Below, one piece after another: positions 51,390 to 52,104 of a stretch of DNA of 52,104 bases. Both the position numbers and the translations under genes were made by a program. Source of the stretch: Nemertoderma westbladi (taxonomy: Eukaryota > Animalia > Xenacoelomorpha); contig JAUCBJ010003655.1 of assembly GCA_032718475.1 (NCBI GenBank), positions 1 through 52,104 on the forward strand. The letters are read 5' to 3'. The notes below the pieces were generated by a model, which was not told where the DNA came from, did not search any database, and saw only the letters and a program-made list of their open reading frames with translations. Positions within the stretch are counted from its first letter, which is position 1. Each line of letters begins with the position of its first letter.

Positions 51390-52104
51390 TGAACGTTCTA
51401 TTCAGTGCGCGTTCTATTCAGTGGGTGTTCTATTCAGTGAGCTTTCTATTCAGTGATCGTTCTATTCAGTGAGCGTTATGTTCGGTGAGTGTTCTATTGT
51501 TTGATCGTTCTATTCAGTGAGTGTTCTATTGTGTGAGTGTTGTATTGCGTTAGCTTTGTATTCGGTGTGCGTTTTATTCAGTGAGTGTTGTATTCAGTGA
51601 ACGTTCTGTTCAGTGTTCGTTCTATTCAGTGAGTTTTCTATTTAGTGATTGTTCTATTCAGTGAGCGTTCTATTCTGTGAGCGTTCTATTCAGTGAGTGT
51701 TCTATTCAGTGAGTTTTCTATTCAGTGAGTGTTCTATTCCGTGAGCGTTCTATTCAGTGAGTGTTCTATTCAGTGAGCGTTCTATTCATTTAAACGTTCT
51801 ATTCAGTGAGTGTTCTATTCAGTGAGCTTTCTATTCAGTGAGTGTTCTATTCAGTGAGTGTTATATTCAGTGAACGTTCTATTCAGTGAGTGTTCTATTC
51901 AGTGAGTGTTCTATTCAGTGGACGTTCTATTCTGTGAGTGTTCTATTCAGTGAGTGTTCTATTCAGTGAGCTTTCTATTCAGTGAGTGTTCTATTCCGTG
52001 AGCGTTGTATTCAGTGAGTGTTCTATTCAGTGAGCGTTCTATTCAGTGAGTGTTCTATTCAGTGAGTGTTCTATTCAGTGAGTGTTCTATTCATTTAAAC
52101 ATTC
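51390..52104. repeat. Second array of the same 16-bp satellite, running to the window end
   Basis: Direct reading. Confidence 0.98.

Noticed and set aside
47411-52104. CRISPR array or telomere repeat
   Set aside because: Head-to-tail 16-mer with no spacers and no G-rich telomere-type strand

Overview
AT-rich eukaryotic (invertebrate-like) genomic window. Two intronless paralogous genes, each a Pro/Gln-rich repeat tract plus about four cold-shock/OB-like domains, point away from each other (950-3142 minus; 41094-43179 plus). Most of the ~36 kb between them is nested mobile DNA: an RTE LINE, two related EN-RT LINE remnants, a Copia remnant, two Academ-like DNA transposons and several MITE/foldback elements. 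The Copia remnant is split by a 14.7-kb BEL/Pao LTR retrotransposon (12384-27123; LTRs ~99% identical by manual comparison; 5-bp TSD). That element has lost most of pol but carries a ~1400-codon non-env cargo ORF with a coiled coil, a DEDDy-type 3'-5' exonuclease-like domain and three zinc knuckles. It also has a strand-specific RNA hairpin just upstream of the cargo ORF and no tRNA primer-binding site. An 84-bp piece of the cargo ORF, differing only at synonymous sites, sits inside the neighbouring Academ element. The right end of the window holds a self-nested piggyBac-like element and 16-bp satellite arrays. All family calls come from motif recognition by eye; no database searches were run.
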